64,000 bases of DNA from Candidatus Doudnabacteria bacterium (lineage in GTDB: Bacteria > Patescibacteriota > Doudnabacteria > UBA920 > 2-01-FULL-46-14). Under the pieces are notes generated by a model. That model was given only the letters and a program-made list of their open reading frames with translations, ran no database searches and had not been told where the DNA came from. Both the position numbers and the translations under genes were made by a program. Position 1 is the stretch's first letter. Every line of letters begins with the position of its first letter. Location: assembly GCA_041497195.1 (NCBI GenBank), contig JBGQGB010000002.1, forward strand, positions 44,140-108,139, written 5' to 3'. This document shows positions 37,640-45,373 of this stretch, piece by piece.

Positions 37640-38482
37640 ATGAAAGTTTTGCTCATCGGCGCTAAGGGAATGCTCGGGCAGGAGCTGCAGAAAGTTTTTG
37701 CCGCGAGCCACGAAGTAGTCAGTTGGGACAGGGAAGATATTGATATCACAAAAAAAGAAGTTGTAAGTACTAAGCTGTCAGTTCTCAGACCTGGCTTGGT
37801 GATCAATGCTGCTGCGTATAACGATGTGGACGGAGCTGAAAGCAAACCGGAGATGGCTGCCGCGGTCAACGGCTACGCTGTTGGGTATTTGGCCGCAGCA
37901 TGCAAGCAGATCGGCGCAGTCTTGGTCCACTACAGCACGGATTATGTATTTGACGGAACAAAACGTGACGGCTACGCGGAAGCAGATATGCCTAAGCCCA
38001 TTTCTCGATACGGACAGTCCAAGCTTTTGGGCGAGCAGGAGTTGCAAAAAAATACGGACAAGTTTTATCTTCTGCGTTTGTCCAAACTTTTCGGCAAAGA
38101 AGCCGCCTCAGCTGCAGGCAAAAAAAGTTTCGTGAAATTGATGCTCGACCTCGCGAGGGCCAAGCCTGAATTGGATATCGTAGACGAAGAACTTTCCAGC
38201 CCAACTTACGCACCGGATTTGGCGGAGCGCACGCGTTATATAATAGAAAACCGCCTACCTTATGGGATTTATCACTGCAGCAACAGCGGTGCTGTTACCT
38301 GGTATGGTTTTGCTACGGAGATCTTCAAAATTTCCGGAATCAATGTTAAACTAAATCCCGTGCCGGCATCGCACTTTCCGAGACCGGCCAGGCGGCCGGC
38401 CTACTGCACACTACTCAATACCAAGCTTCCGCCGCAGCGGCCTTGGCAGGAAGCATTGCGTGAATTCATCGCGCAAGATTAA
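37640..38482 (+). CDS. rfbD: dTDP-4-dehydrorhamnose reductase
   Basis: GAKGMLG, INAAAY, STDYVFDG, YGQSK..GE, A.RP. Confidence 0.95.
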   Translation: MKVLLIGAKGMLGQELQKVFAASHEVVSWDREDIDITKKEVVSTKLSVLRPGLVINAAAYNDVDGAESKPEMAAAVNGYAVGYLAAACKQIGAVLVHYSTDYVFDGTKRDGYAEADMPKPISRYGQSKLLGEQELQKNTDKFYLLRLSKLFGKEAASAAGKKSFVKLMLDLARAKPELDIVDEELSSPTYAPDLAERTRYIIENRLPYGIYHCSNSGAVTWYGFATEIFKISGINVKLNPVPASHFPRPARRPAYCTLLNTKLPPQRPWQEALREFIAQD

Positions 38483-38903
38483 GGGTTAAAGATTGTAGAT
38501 TTGAGTGAAAGTAGAGGATTTAAAAGTTTACAGAAAACTGTTTACACTATCTCTGAAGGTGCATACTTTGACGTTGATTTTCCCGAAGTTCGAGATTCAT
38601 GAGCTTGGCTCACAAATGCGTCGGTCGTCCAATTCAGCACCAGCAAATCTTGCCGAGGGTTTTGATAACAAACATACCAATATTTATCTGGAAAGTATTA
38701 GCCGGGCTCAGGGCGAAATAAGAGAAACTGTCCATCATTTGAATATTGCAAGTCAAAAAAATTATCTATTGGAATTGGAACTCAAAAAATTCCTTAGCGA
38801 ATATGAAGAATGCTCCAAAATGCTTTATGGCCTTGAAAAATCTTTGAATCGCAACTCCAAAAAATGATTTGTACTGTTATCCGTAATCTTAAACCTAGAA
38901 TCT
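38476..38903 (+). repeat. Complementary 7-nt tandem-repeat arms flanking the four-helix-bundle gene
   Basis: Left AAGATTA-AGGGTTA-AAGATTG-TAGATTT; right TTATCCG-TAATCTT-AAACCTA-GAATCTG. Confidence 0.65.
38505..38867 (+). CDS. Four-helix-bundle protein (23S rRNA IVP family)
   Basis: EDLKVY, FPKFE..ELGSQMRRSSNS..ANLAEG, A.GE..ET. Confidence 0.92.
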   Translation: MKVEDLKVYRKLFTLSLKVHTLTLIFPKFEIHELGSQMRRSSNSAPANLAEGFDNKHTNIYLESISRAQGEIRETVHHLNIASQKNYLLELELKKFLSEYEECSKMLYGLEKSLNRNSKK

Positions 38904-38906
38904 GAT

Positions 38907-39641
38907 ATGAAAGGCCTTATTCTCGCTGGAGGCAATGCCACCAGATTGCGGCCCCTGACGTGGGTGACCAACAAACATCTGCTGCCTGTCTATGACAAGC
39001 CGATGATTTTTTATCCCCTCGAGTCAATGAAAAAAGCCGGAGTAAAAGATGTTTTGATTATCACCAATCCGGATCACGCCGGTCAGTTCGTCAATTTGTT
39101 CAGCTCGGGCCGGAACTTCGGGTTGCATCTCGAGTATGGCATCCAGGACAAACCGGGCGGGCTCGCTCAAGCCGTCAGCCTTGCCGAAAACTTTGCCGAC
39201 AAGGGCAAACTCTTGGTCATTCTCGGCGACAATATTTTTCACTACAATCTCAAACCGGCCGTGACGAAGTTTTTGAGTCGGGATAAGGGAGCGGTGATCT
39301 TTGCCAAAGAAATGGCCAACGCCAAAGAGTATGGGGTCATCGAGCTGGACAAAGCCGGAAAGGTTTTGTCTATTGAGGAAAAACCGCAAAATCCCAAATC
39401 CAACTACGTTCAGACCGGCATCTATATGTACGATCACCGGGTTTTTGATTTCATAAAAAATTTGAAACCTTCCCGCCGGGGAGAGCTGGAGATCACGGAT
39501 CTAAATAATATCTATGTCAAAGAGGGAAGCATGGAATGCACGATTATGGACGGTTGGTGGGTGGATGCCGGCACTTCGTACGAGGAACTTTTGCGGGCCA
39601 ATCAAGTCGTGGCCGAAGTCATCAAGAAGGGTCACTCCTAG
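38907..39641 (+). CDS. rfbA: Glucose-1-phosphate thymidylyltransferase-like nucleotidyltransferase
   Basis: GLILAGG.ATRLRPLT, KHLLPVYDKPMI, LGDN, EEKP, PS.RGELEITD, W.DAGT. Confidence 0.92.
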   Translation: MKGLILAGGNATRLRPLTWVTNKHLLPVYDKPMIFYPLESMKKAGVKDVLIITNPDHAGQFVNLFSSGRNFGLHLEYGIQDKPGGLAQAVSLAENFADKGKLLVILGDNIFHYNLKPAVTKFLSRDKGAVIFAKEMANAKEYGVIELDKAGKVLSIEEKPQNPKSNYVQTGIYMYDHRVFDFIKNLKPSRRGELEITDLNNIYVKEGSMECTIMDGWWVDAGTSYEELLRANQVVAEVIKKGHS

Positions 39642-39685
39642 GCTAAAAAAAGTATCATTATATTTGCAGTTTGGCAGCTTAATCC

Positions 39686-39714
39686 TTGACAAGAGGATTT
39701 TTTTGTGCTAGACT
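39686..39714 (+). promoter_or_regulatory. Sigma70 promoter with extended -10
   Basis: TTGACA-17-(TG-n)TAGACT. Confidence 0.65.
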
Positions 39715-39760
39715 GGAGCGTTTTAAATGATAAACTTTCGGGCCAGTATTTGTTAAAGTT

Positions 39761-41053
39761 ATGGCACTCGCTATGGCTGCAATACAGAGCAAAAAACACG
39801 TAAGAACCATTTACGAAATTATGGGCTTGTCGCCTGATGTTTTTGCAATTGCCCCGGACAAAATTGGCCAAATCGACGAGTTCCCAGTCGATTTGCCAGT
39901 ACCCAAACCAGAGCCCCTGGCCGAGAAATTTGAGGCCGAGAAGCCGCCTATCCAGAAAGAAAAGCCGGTCAATAAACTGCTCAAAAATATTCCGGTGCCG
40001 CCGCCGCCTCCGAGAGTTGGCAAAACCGCCGCAGGAGCGGCTGTAGCTCTAGAGCCAGAAATGGACCTGCCTGAGGCGGACGTCAAGGAGTTTGGTTCGC
40101 CGGCGAGCCGATTTTTGTCTCGCGATTTCGTCCGTTATCCTTTGATTTTTCTGGTGGCCCTGGGAGCATTTTACGTGATCCTCAATTTTCGCGCGTTGAG
40201 CGCGCAGGTGAGCGGCCTCCTCTCCCAGTCTGCAAAAAAGGTCACTGTCACCAGCCAGCCCGTCCCTGCTGATTTTTCCACCTGGGTGACAAAATATTAT
40301 GTCTTTACCAATGAACCGCAGATTCTCGGCCCCACCGCTGACCCGGACAATGACGGGCTCACGAACGGGCAGGAGTATTATTTGGGAACCAATCCGCTCA
40401 AATGGGACACGGACAATGACGGCTTTGGCGACGGGCAAGAAATCCTGAACGGTTACAATCCTTTGTACACGGGCAAGCTCAGCGTGTCACAGCAAAAAAT
40501 CATTGCCGACCATATCAGTCTGGATGATTTGAAATCGCGCGTGTCTCTGGAAAATTTTCAGCGCGTGTCAGGAGATCAGACCTCCGCCGCAGGCAGCGCT
40601 TTTCAAGTTGACGTGACCCGGCAGGGGCACATCAGCATCCCGAAAATCGGCGTGGATGCGCCTGTCCTCTGGAATCGGGATTTCGGCAAAGTGGAAGACG
40701 ATCTCAAATATGGCACCGTGCATCACCCCGCGACACCTTTTCCGGGCGAGCGCGGGACTGTCTCTATTCACGGCCATTCTTCGGGCAATCCGGGCGACGG
40801 GAGCTACCAAACAGTTTTCACCAAGCTCAATTTGCTCCAGGCCGGGGATGAGATTTTCGTCACAGTCTACAATGCCGCCGGCCAGCCCCGCCAGTATCTC
40901 TACGAAGTCCGCTCTGCCAAGGTCTATGCCAAAACCGATCCGGCGCAGTTTGCCGACCTGGGCGGTTTTTATTTGAATCTATCCACCAGTTGGCCGATAG
41001 GGACAGCGCTGCAACGCTACGTGGTAACCACGGAATTGGTTGGAGTGAACTAG
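39761..41053 (+). CDS. Sortase-family protein with TM anchor and TSP3-like Ca-binding repeats; catalytic Cys replaced by Ser
   Basis: ISIPKIGVDAPV, L..G.VH.P.TP.PGE.G...I.GHSS, F.KL..L..GDEI, LNLSTSWPIGT...RYVV; DPDNDGL..E..GTNP..DTDNDG. Confidence 0.9.
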   Translation: MALAMAAIQSKKHVRTIYEIMGLSPDVFAIAPDKIGQIDEFPVDLPVPKPEPLAEKFEAEKPPIQKEKPVNKLLKNIPVPPPPPRVGKTAAGAAVALEPEMDLPEADVKEFGSPASRFLSRDFVRYPLIFLVALGAFYVILNFRALSAQVSGLLSQSAKKVTVTSQPVPADFSTWVTKYYVFTNEPQILGPTADPDNDGLTNGQEYYLGTNPLKWDTDNDGFGDGQEILNGYNPLYTGKLSVSQQKIIADHISLDDLKSRVSLENFQRVSGDQTSAAGSAFQVDVTRQGHISIPKIGVDAPVLWNRDFGKVEDDLKYGTVHHPATPFPGERGTVSIHGHSSGNPGDGSYQTVFTKLNLLQAGDEIFVTVYNAAGQPRQYLYEVRSAKVYAKTDPAQFADLGGFYLNLSTSWPIGTALQRYVVTTELVGVN

Positions 41054-41107
41054 TCTGGCCGTAGACTTATAGATAAGCCTTTATACAGGCCAAAACACGC
41101 TCAGGGA

Positions 41108-41136
41108 TTGACTTCCCGGGCGTTTTGTGCTAATAT
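41108..41136 (+). promoter_or_regulatory. Sigma70 promoter with extended -10
   Basis: TTGACT-17-(TG-n)TAATAT. Confidence 0.7.
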
Positions 41137-41220
41137 AGGGGGTCTTTGAAAGATGGGGGAGTCACAGGAGAAAAGTTTGAAGCCCAGCAATGGGCAATTT
41201 CAAATTCTAGGGAGGAAGTC

Positions 41221-42051
41221 ATGAAGAAAATGTTCACGATTGTGTTCATGTTGTTTGTGTTTTGCGGTTTCGCTTCAGCAGTCTCGGCTCAGTCTCCTTG
41301 TGACCAACTTCGCAAGGTCACGGGCGATAAGCTGATGGCAGTCGAGGTGTCATGGGATACCTCAGTCAATCAGCCGACCAACAACGCACCATACAGCACC
41401 GCCCAGCAACAGTATGACGATGAACGGGAAACGCGCAGGCAAGCTCTGCTCGTAAGCGCTGGCTATGGTTACAGCGGCATTTACGGGGGTCCTCAGCGTC
41501 AGCGCCAGACTCCGAACAATCCGATTTATTCTGGGCAGTTGCCGACCGAAGACCTCGTCCGTACTGTTAGGGAGGAAGTGACAGGAAAGCTCCTCGCTTG
41601 TGGCGTCCGCATCGCTGATGATCCGAGGCTGGCCGCATTGCTGTTTGAAGTCTCGCTTTCAACCAAGAAAGAGATTCAGCAGCATTCGGGTTTCGACGGC
41701 CGCGGCTTGCAAGAAGGCATCTATGAAGGTGCCTTCGCTTCTATTTGGTTCTGGGGCGGCAGCTCACGCATTATCTACCCTCTGGCAATGGCGGGTGCAG
41801 CCGCGGCCGGTCAGATCGAGAGCCGCAAGGAACAGCGTGGCGTGGAGATCGTTCCGCGATTCAAACTCGTGGTGGTCGCTACCAGCGAACTCTTTGCCAG
41901 CGGCAAAGGGCGGTCCTGCTCTGTCACAACTACCGAACTTGATTCCAAGTACAAGTTCGGCAAGAATAACAGCAAGCGCGAATACCAGAATTCGGAAGCG
42001 TTTGCGCCATGTATCGGGGACAATTTGTTCCCCGGCGTCGGCGGAAATTAA
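41221..42051 (+). CDS. Secreted hypothetical protein, possibly CsgG/HfaB-like fold
   Basis: GGAGG SD, signal peptide (AVSA), FKLVVVATSELFASG. Confidence 0.7.
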   Translation: MKKMFTIVFMLFVFCGFASAVSAQSPCDQLRKVTGDKLMAVEVSWDTSVNQPTNNAPYSTAQQQYDDERETRRQALLVSAGYGYSGIYGGPQRQRQTPNNPIYSGQLPTEDLVRTVREEVTGKLLACGVRIADDPRLAALLFEVSLSTKKEIQQHSGFDGRGLQEGIYEGAFASIWFWGGSSRIIYPLAMAGAAAAGQIESRKEQRGVEIVPRFKLVVVATSELFASGKGRSCSVTTTELDSKYKFGKNNSKREYQNSEAFAPCIGDNLFPGVGGN

Positions 42052-42070
42052 GCGTTTAAGTCGTGTAGTC

Positions 42071-42112
42071 AGAGCGGAAGTACCTTTGTAGGTCTTCCGC
42101 TCTCTTTTTTTT
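42071..42112 (+). terminator. Intrinsic terminator
   Basis: AGAGCGGAAG..CTTCCGCTCT followed by T8. Confidence 0.8.
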
Positions 42113-42230
42113 GATGGAAAGCCCAATCTTGACTTTTGGTCGTAAATTATGTAAGCTAGGACGTTACAGCAGTACTGGATTCATATGCAGTAAATTCCGC
42201 CGAAAGGCCAAAAAATTGTAGGAGGATGCA

Positions 42231-43271
42231 ATGCACAAAGCGTTTGCAGTTTTGGTGTTGTTCGGTTTTCTGGCTTTCGGCCAGAGTATTCAGGCCCAGC
42301 AGCCAGCGGACGGTCAGTGGCATTTTTTTGGAGAAAGCGACGACCTCAAATTTGACCCCCAAGCCAAGTTGTTTCACTGGCTTCATGTTGGCACCCGGCC
42401 GGTTATCAAAGGCGGCGTGCCGACTCGCGAAGCGTTTGCGCAATTCGTGCAAAGCGAGGCGTTCGCCAAGGCCATGACAGCCTTGGGCATCGAGAATCGC
42501 ATCGCCGAGGCACGGGACTTGGTCATTCACGACGAGTTCAGCGAGGCTCAGCTCTCACCAAACTCTTCCGCCTCTCTGTTTCTCGAGATGGCGTTTGACG
42601 GGGCCCGTGTCCAGCGGCCAGTCATTTGGTCTGGCAACGGGCCGCTCGACGTTTGGGTTTTGCGCCTTAACGGTTTGCGATTGGATATTCCCAAAGGGTG
42701 CGCGAACGTGGGCATCACCACTGACTACAAGACTCAAATCAAAACCGTCACGGTTGAGAAGCGAGTCGAAGTGCCAGTGGAAGTCCCAGTGGAGAAAATT
42801 GTCGAAAAAGTCGTTACTCCCCCGTGTGATCCCAATTGGTCCTGGGGCGTTGTGGGTGATTATTCTCCCAAGCATACCCACGCCAAGAAGGTTAAATTTT
42901 CCGATCTTCTTGAGCGGGATGACTTCTGGGTGATGGGATCCGATGACCAAGGCACTCGAGCCAAAGTCATTAACCTCATCAAACAGGAGGATGCAACTAT
43001 TCCTAAGAAAGATCGCGTTCTCGGCCAGAAAGTTCAGCTCGCGGTTGTGCTGTACAATATTTGCGACGGCAGGATGCGGATCTACTGGTACCGCGAAGGC
43101 TGGCACTGGAAGGAATTCATTCTCGGATTTGTGGCGGGATTTGCTGCCGGCTGGTTTTCCCACATGCCGGGTGTGATCTCCAAAGACCCTTTCTTGCCGC
43201 CGCCCAACTCGGGCCGGCCGGATATACTAGCCGTGCCAGGCTGGAATTGGAGCTTATTCATACCCAAATGA
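42231..43271 (+). CDS. Secreted/membrane-anchored hypothetical protein
   Basis: Promoter TTGACT-17-TAAGCT (42129-42157), AGGAGG SD, signal peptide, VEVPVE repeat, C-terminal TM. Confidence 0.75.
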   Translation: MHKAFAVLVLFGFLAFGQSIQAQQPADGQWHFFGESDDLKFDPQAKLFHWLHVGTRPVIKGGVPTREAFAQFVQSEAFAKAMTALGIENRIAEARDLVIHDEFSEAQLSPNSSASLFLEMAFDGARVQRPVIWSGNGPLDVWVLRLNGLRLDIPKGCANVGITTDYKTQIKTVTVEKRVEVPVEVPVEKIVEKVVTPPCDPNWSWGVVGDYSPKHTHAKKVKFSDLLERDDFWVMGSDDQGTRAKVINLIKQEDATIPKKDRVLGQKVQLAVVLYNICDGRMRIYWYREGWHWKEFILGFVAGFAAGWFSHMPGVISKDPFLPPPNSGRPDILAVPGWNWSLFIPK

Positions 43272-43383
43272 CCGGCGACAAACGCAAGCGGGCTTCACGG
43301 GCGGGAACTCTTACCAGGTTTCCGCCCATTTTTTTACCCAAAAATCTGCACTTCCTGGCCCTGTGTAAAGCTTTTGCAAGAGT

Positions 43384-43412
43384 TTGACAAGCCTAGATGT
43401 CTGTGCTAGGAT
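43384..43412 (+). promoter_or_regulatory. Sigma70 promoter with extended -10
   Basis: TTGACA-17-(TG-n)TAGGAT. Confidence 0.7.
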
Positions 43413-43459
43413 GAGCGGCTGTACGATAAGCTATAATTATTTTATTAAGCGAATACGAT

Positions 43460-45352
43460 ATGGCTATATTCATTCGCAAAATCAAAAGTTTGAATACAAA
43501 AAAGGCTTTGGCGGTCGTCACCTTTGCCGGCCTGATTTCGTTTTTAGTGAGTTCTCCTCTGGCTTCGGCCGACGGCCCGCAGTTTAATATTTTTCCAATT
43601 TCTTATACTGGCGAGCTCAATCACGACTTGCCGCTTTTGGACGGCCGCGACGTCACTCTGGGACAGGGATGGAGTGTTTCGCAGGCCGACCACGACAGCC
43701 GCATCAATGCCAATCCCGGAGACGTTCTCCAATTTTCAGTTTATTACCACAACGGCATGCCGGATGCGGATAGCAACGTGGCGCTCAACGCCGTGGTCCA
43801 GGCTTTTGTGTCTCCCTCTTTGGGCAGCACGGCCAATACTTTTTCAGTTTCCGCCACGATAGGCGCGCAGAATGCCGCCACTGTTTCCAGTGCGGACGCC
43901 AGCCGCGGCGGCAATATCGCCATCCATGTTTCGGGTACGCAGGCGCAGAGTCTCAGTCTGGTGCCGGGCAGTGTCACGTGGTTTCCGCTGCAGGGCTCGA
44001 CCCCACCCGGAACAGCGCAAACCCTTCCTGATACTATTTTCAGCAGCGGCGTTAGCATCGGCAATATCCGCGGGTGTTTCCAATACCACGGGTTTGTGAA
44101 CTTCAAAGTGCAGCTGACGCAGGTCCAACAGGGGAGTCTGCTGATTCAGAAAAATGTGCGCAACCTCAGTCAGGGATTGGGGGCGCTGGCGCCATTTGAT
44201 CCCAATCAGGTCAGTGCCAATCCGGGCGACACCGTGGAGTATCAGATTTTGGTCTCGGCCCAGAACAATGCCGTCCAGAGCGTGTCGGTCAAAGACGCGC
44301 TCGATCCGAAACTGACCCTCACCGGCAGTGTCACCCTCGACGGCAGTCCGATTGATACGCTCGGTTTTTTCAATTCCGGCGATAATATCGGCACGGTGAA
44401 CGTAGGCTCCAATCGTGAAATCAAATTCAAAGCAGTTGTCGCCGCGAAATCGCAATTCACTGTCGGTACGTTTATTCTGTCAAATACGGCGTATACTTTC
44501 AGCTCCAACTCGTCCGCGCAAGATAGCGCCAACGTTCAGGTGGTCATCCAGCCGCAGCAAATTGCCTGCACTTTTACGTGGGATGCGCCGCTGACGACCG
44601 ACGGCACCCAGCGCGGCTCGCGTCACGTGGGCGACCAATTTAACGTGCAGCAACAAGTGACCGGTCTGAATCCGAGCCAGTCGTTTAATATTGATTTTCA
44701 GCACGTTTCCGGTTCACCTGTTTTCAAGTCGCTGCAGAGCGCCGATGCCTCGGGCAATTTCAATCGCAAAGAAACCAGCACGATATCCGCCAGTTATACT
44801 CCCGGCGACTACCTCGCTTTCATCGAGCTGAATGGAGTAAATGTCGCGTCTTGCACGGGCATGCGCGTGGAGCTCCCGTCAGTTCAGCAAATCAGCCTGA
44901 CTAAATTGGTGCGCGACGACAACGCCGGCGGAGCTTTCACTACCCAAGTCAGTGCGCAGCCGTCGGACCTGGTCAGTTTCCAGCTGACGATCAATCCCCA
45001 GAGCAGCAACACGACTTTGCAAAACGTCACAATAAAGGATACCTTGCCGGCCAAACTCACTTTCAACACCGGCACCCTGAATGTCAACGGCACCCCCCAG
45101 TCAGTGGGGAACTTTTTCACCACCGGGCTCAATCTCGGAACTGTCCAGCCGAATCAGCAAATCGTGGTGACCTTCCAGACGACTGTGGCAAATGCCACCA
45201 ATTTCACGGCCGGGAGTTGTGAAATTTTGACAAACTTTTCCACCGTGACTGCCGATGGAGGCTTGTCCTCTTCGTCTTCGGCCAATGTCCAGGTTTGCAA
45301 GCAGGCGCCTGTGAAACAGCCGGGCCAGCCCGCGCCGCGACCTCTACAATAA
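43460..45352 (+). CDS. Secreted DUF11 (conserved repeat/isopeptide-type) domain surface protein
   Basis: Signal peptide; LLIQKNVRN..ANPGDTVEY..V.VKD.L..L, ISLTKLVR..IKDTLP..LTF..G, LxN endings. Confidence 0.85.
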   Translation: MAIFIRKIKSLNTKKALAVVTFAGLISFLVSSPLASADGPQFNIFPISYTGELNHDLPLLDGRDVTLGQGWSVSQADHDSRINANPGDVLQFSVYYHNGMPDADSNVALNAVVQAFVSPSLGSTANTFSVSATIGAQNAATVSSADASRGGNIAIHVSGTQAQSLSLVPGSVTWFPLQGSTPPGTAQTLPDTIFSSGVSIGNIRGCFQYHGFVNFKVQLTQVQQGSLLIQKNVRNLSQGLGALAPFDPNQVSANPGDTVEYQILVSAQNNAVQSVSVKDALDPKLTLTGSVTLDGSPIDTLGFFNSGDNIGTVNVGSNREIKFKAVVAAKSQFTVGTFILSNTAYTFSSNSSAQDSANVQVVIQPQQIACTFTWDAPLTTDGTQRGSRHVGDQFNVQQQVTGLNPSQSFNIDFQHVSGSPVFKSLQSADASGNFNRKETSTISASYTPGDYLAFIELNGVNVASCTGMRVELPSVQQISLTKLVRDDNAGGAFTTQVSAQPSDLVSFQLTINPQSSNTTLQNVTIKDTLPAKLTFNTGTLNVNGTPQSVGNFFTTGLNLGTVQPNQQIVVTFQTTVANATNFTAGSCEILTNFSTVTADGGLSSSSSANVQVCKQAPVKQPGQPAPRPLQ

Positions 45353-45373
45353 CCCCTTGATTTTAGGAGCAAT

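Noticed and set aside
38505-38867. Four-helix-bundle gene as the Avd of a DGR
   Set aside because: No adjacent RT or template repeat; it looks like the stand-alone IVP-type family and lies about 23 kb from the candidate target
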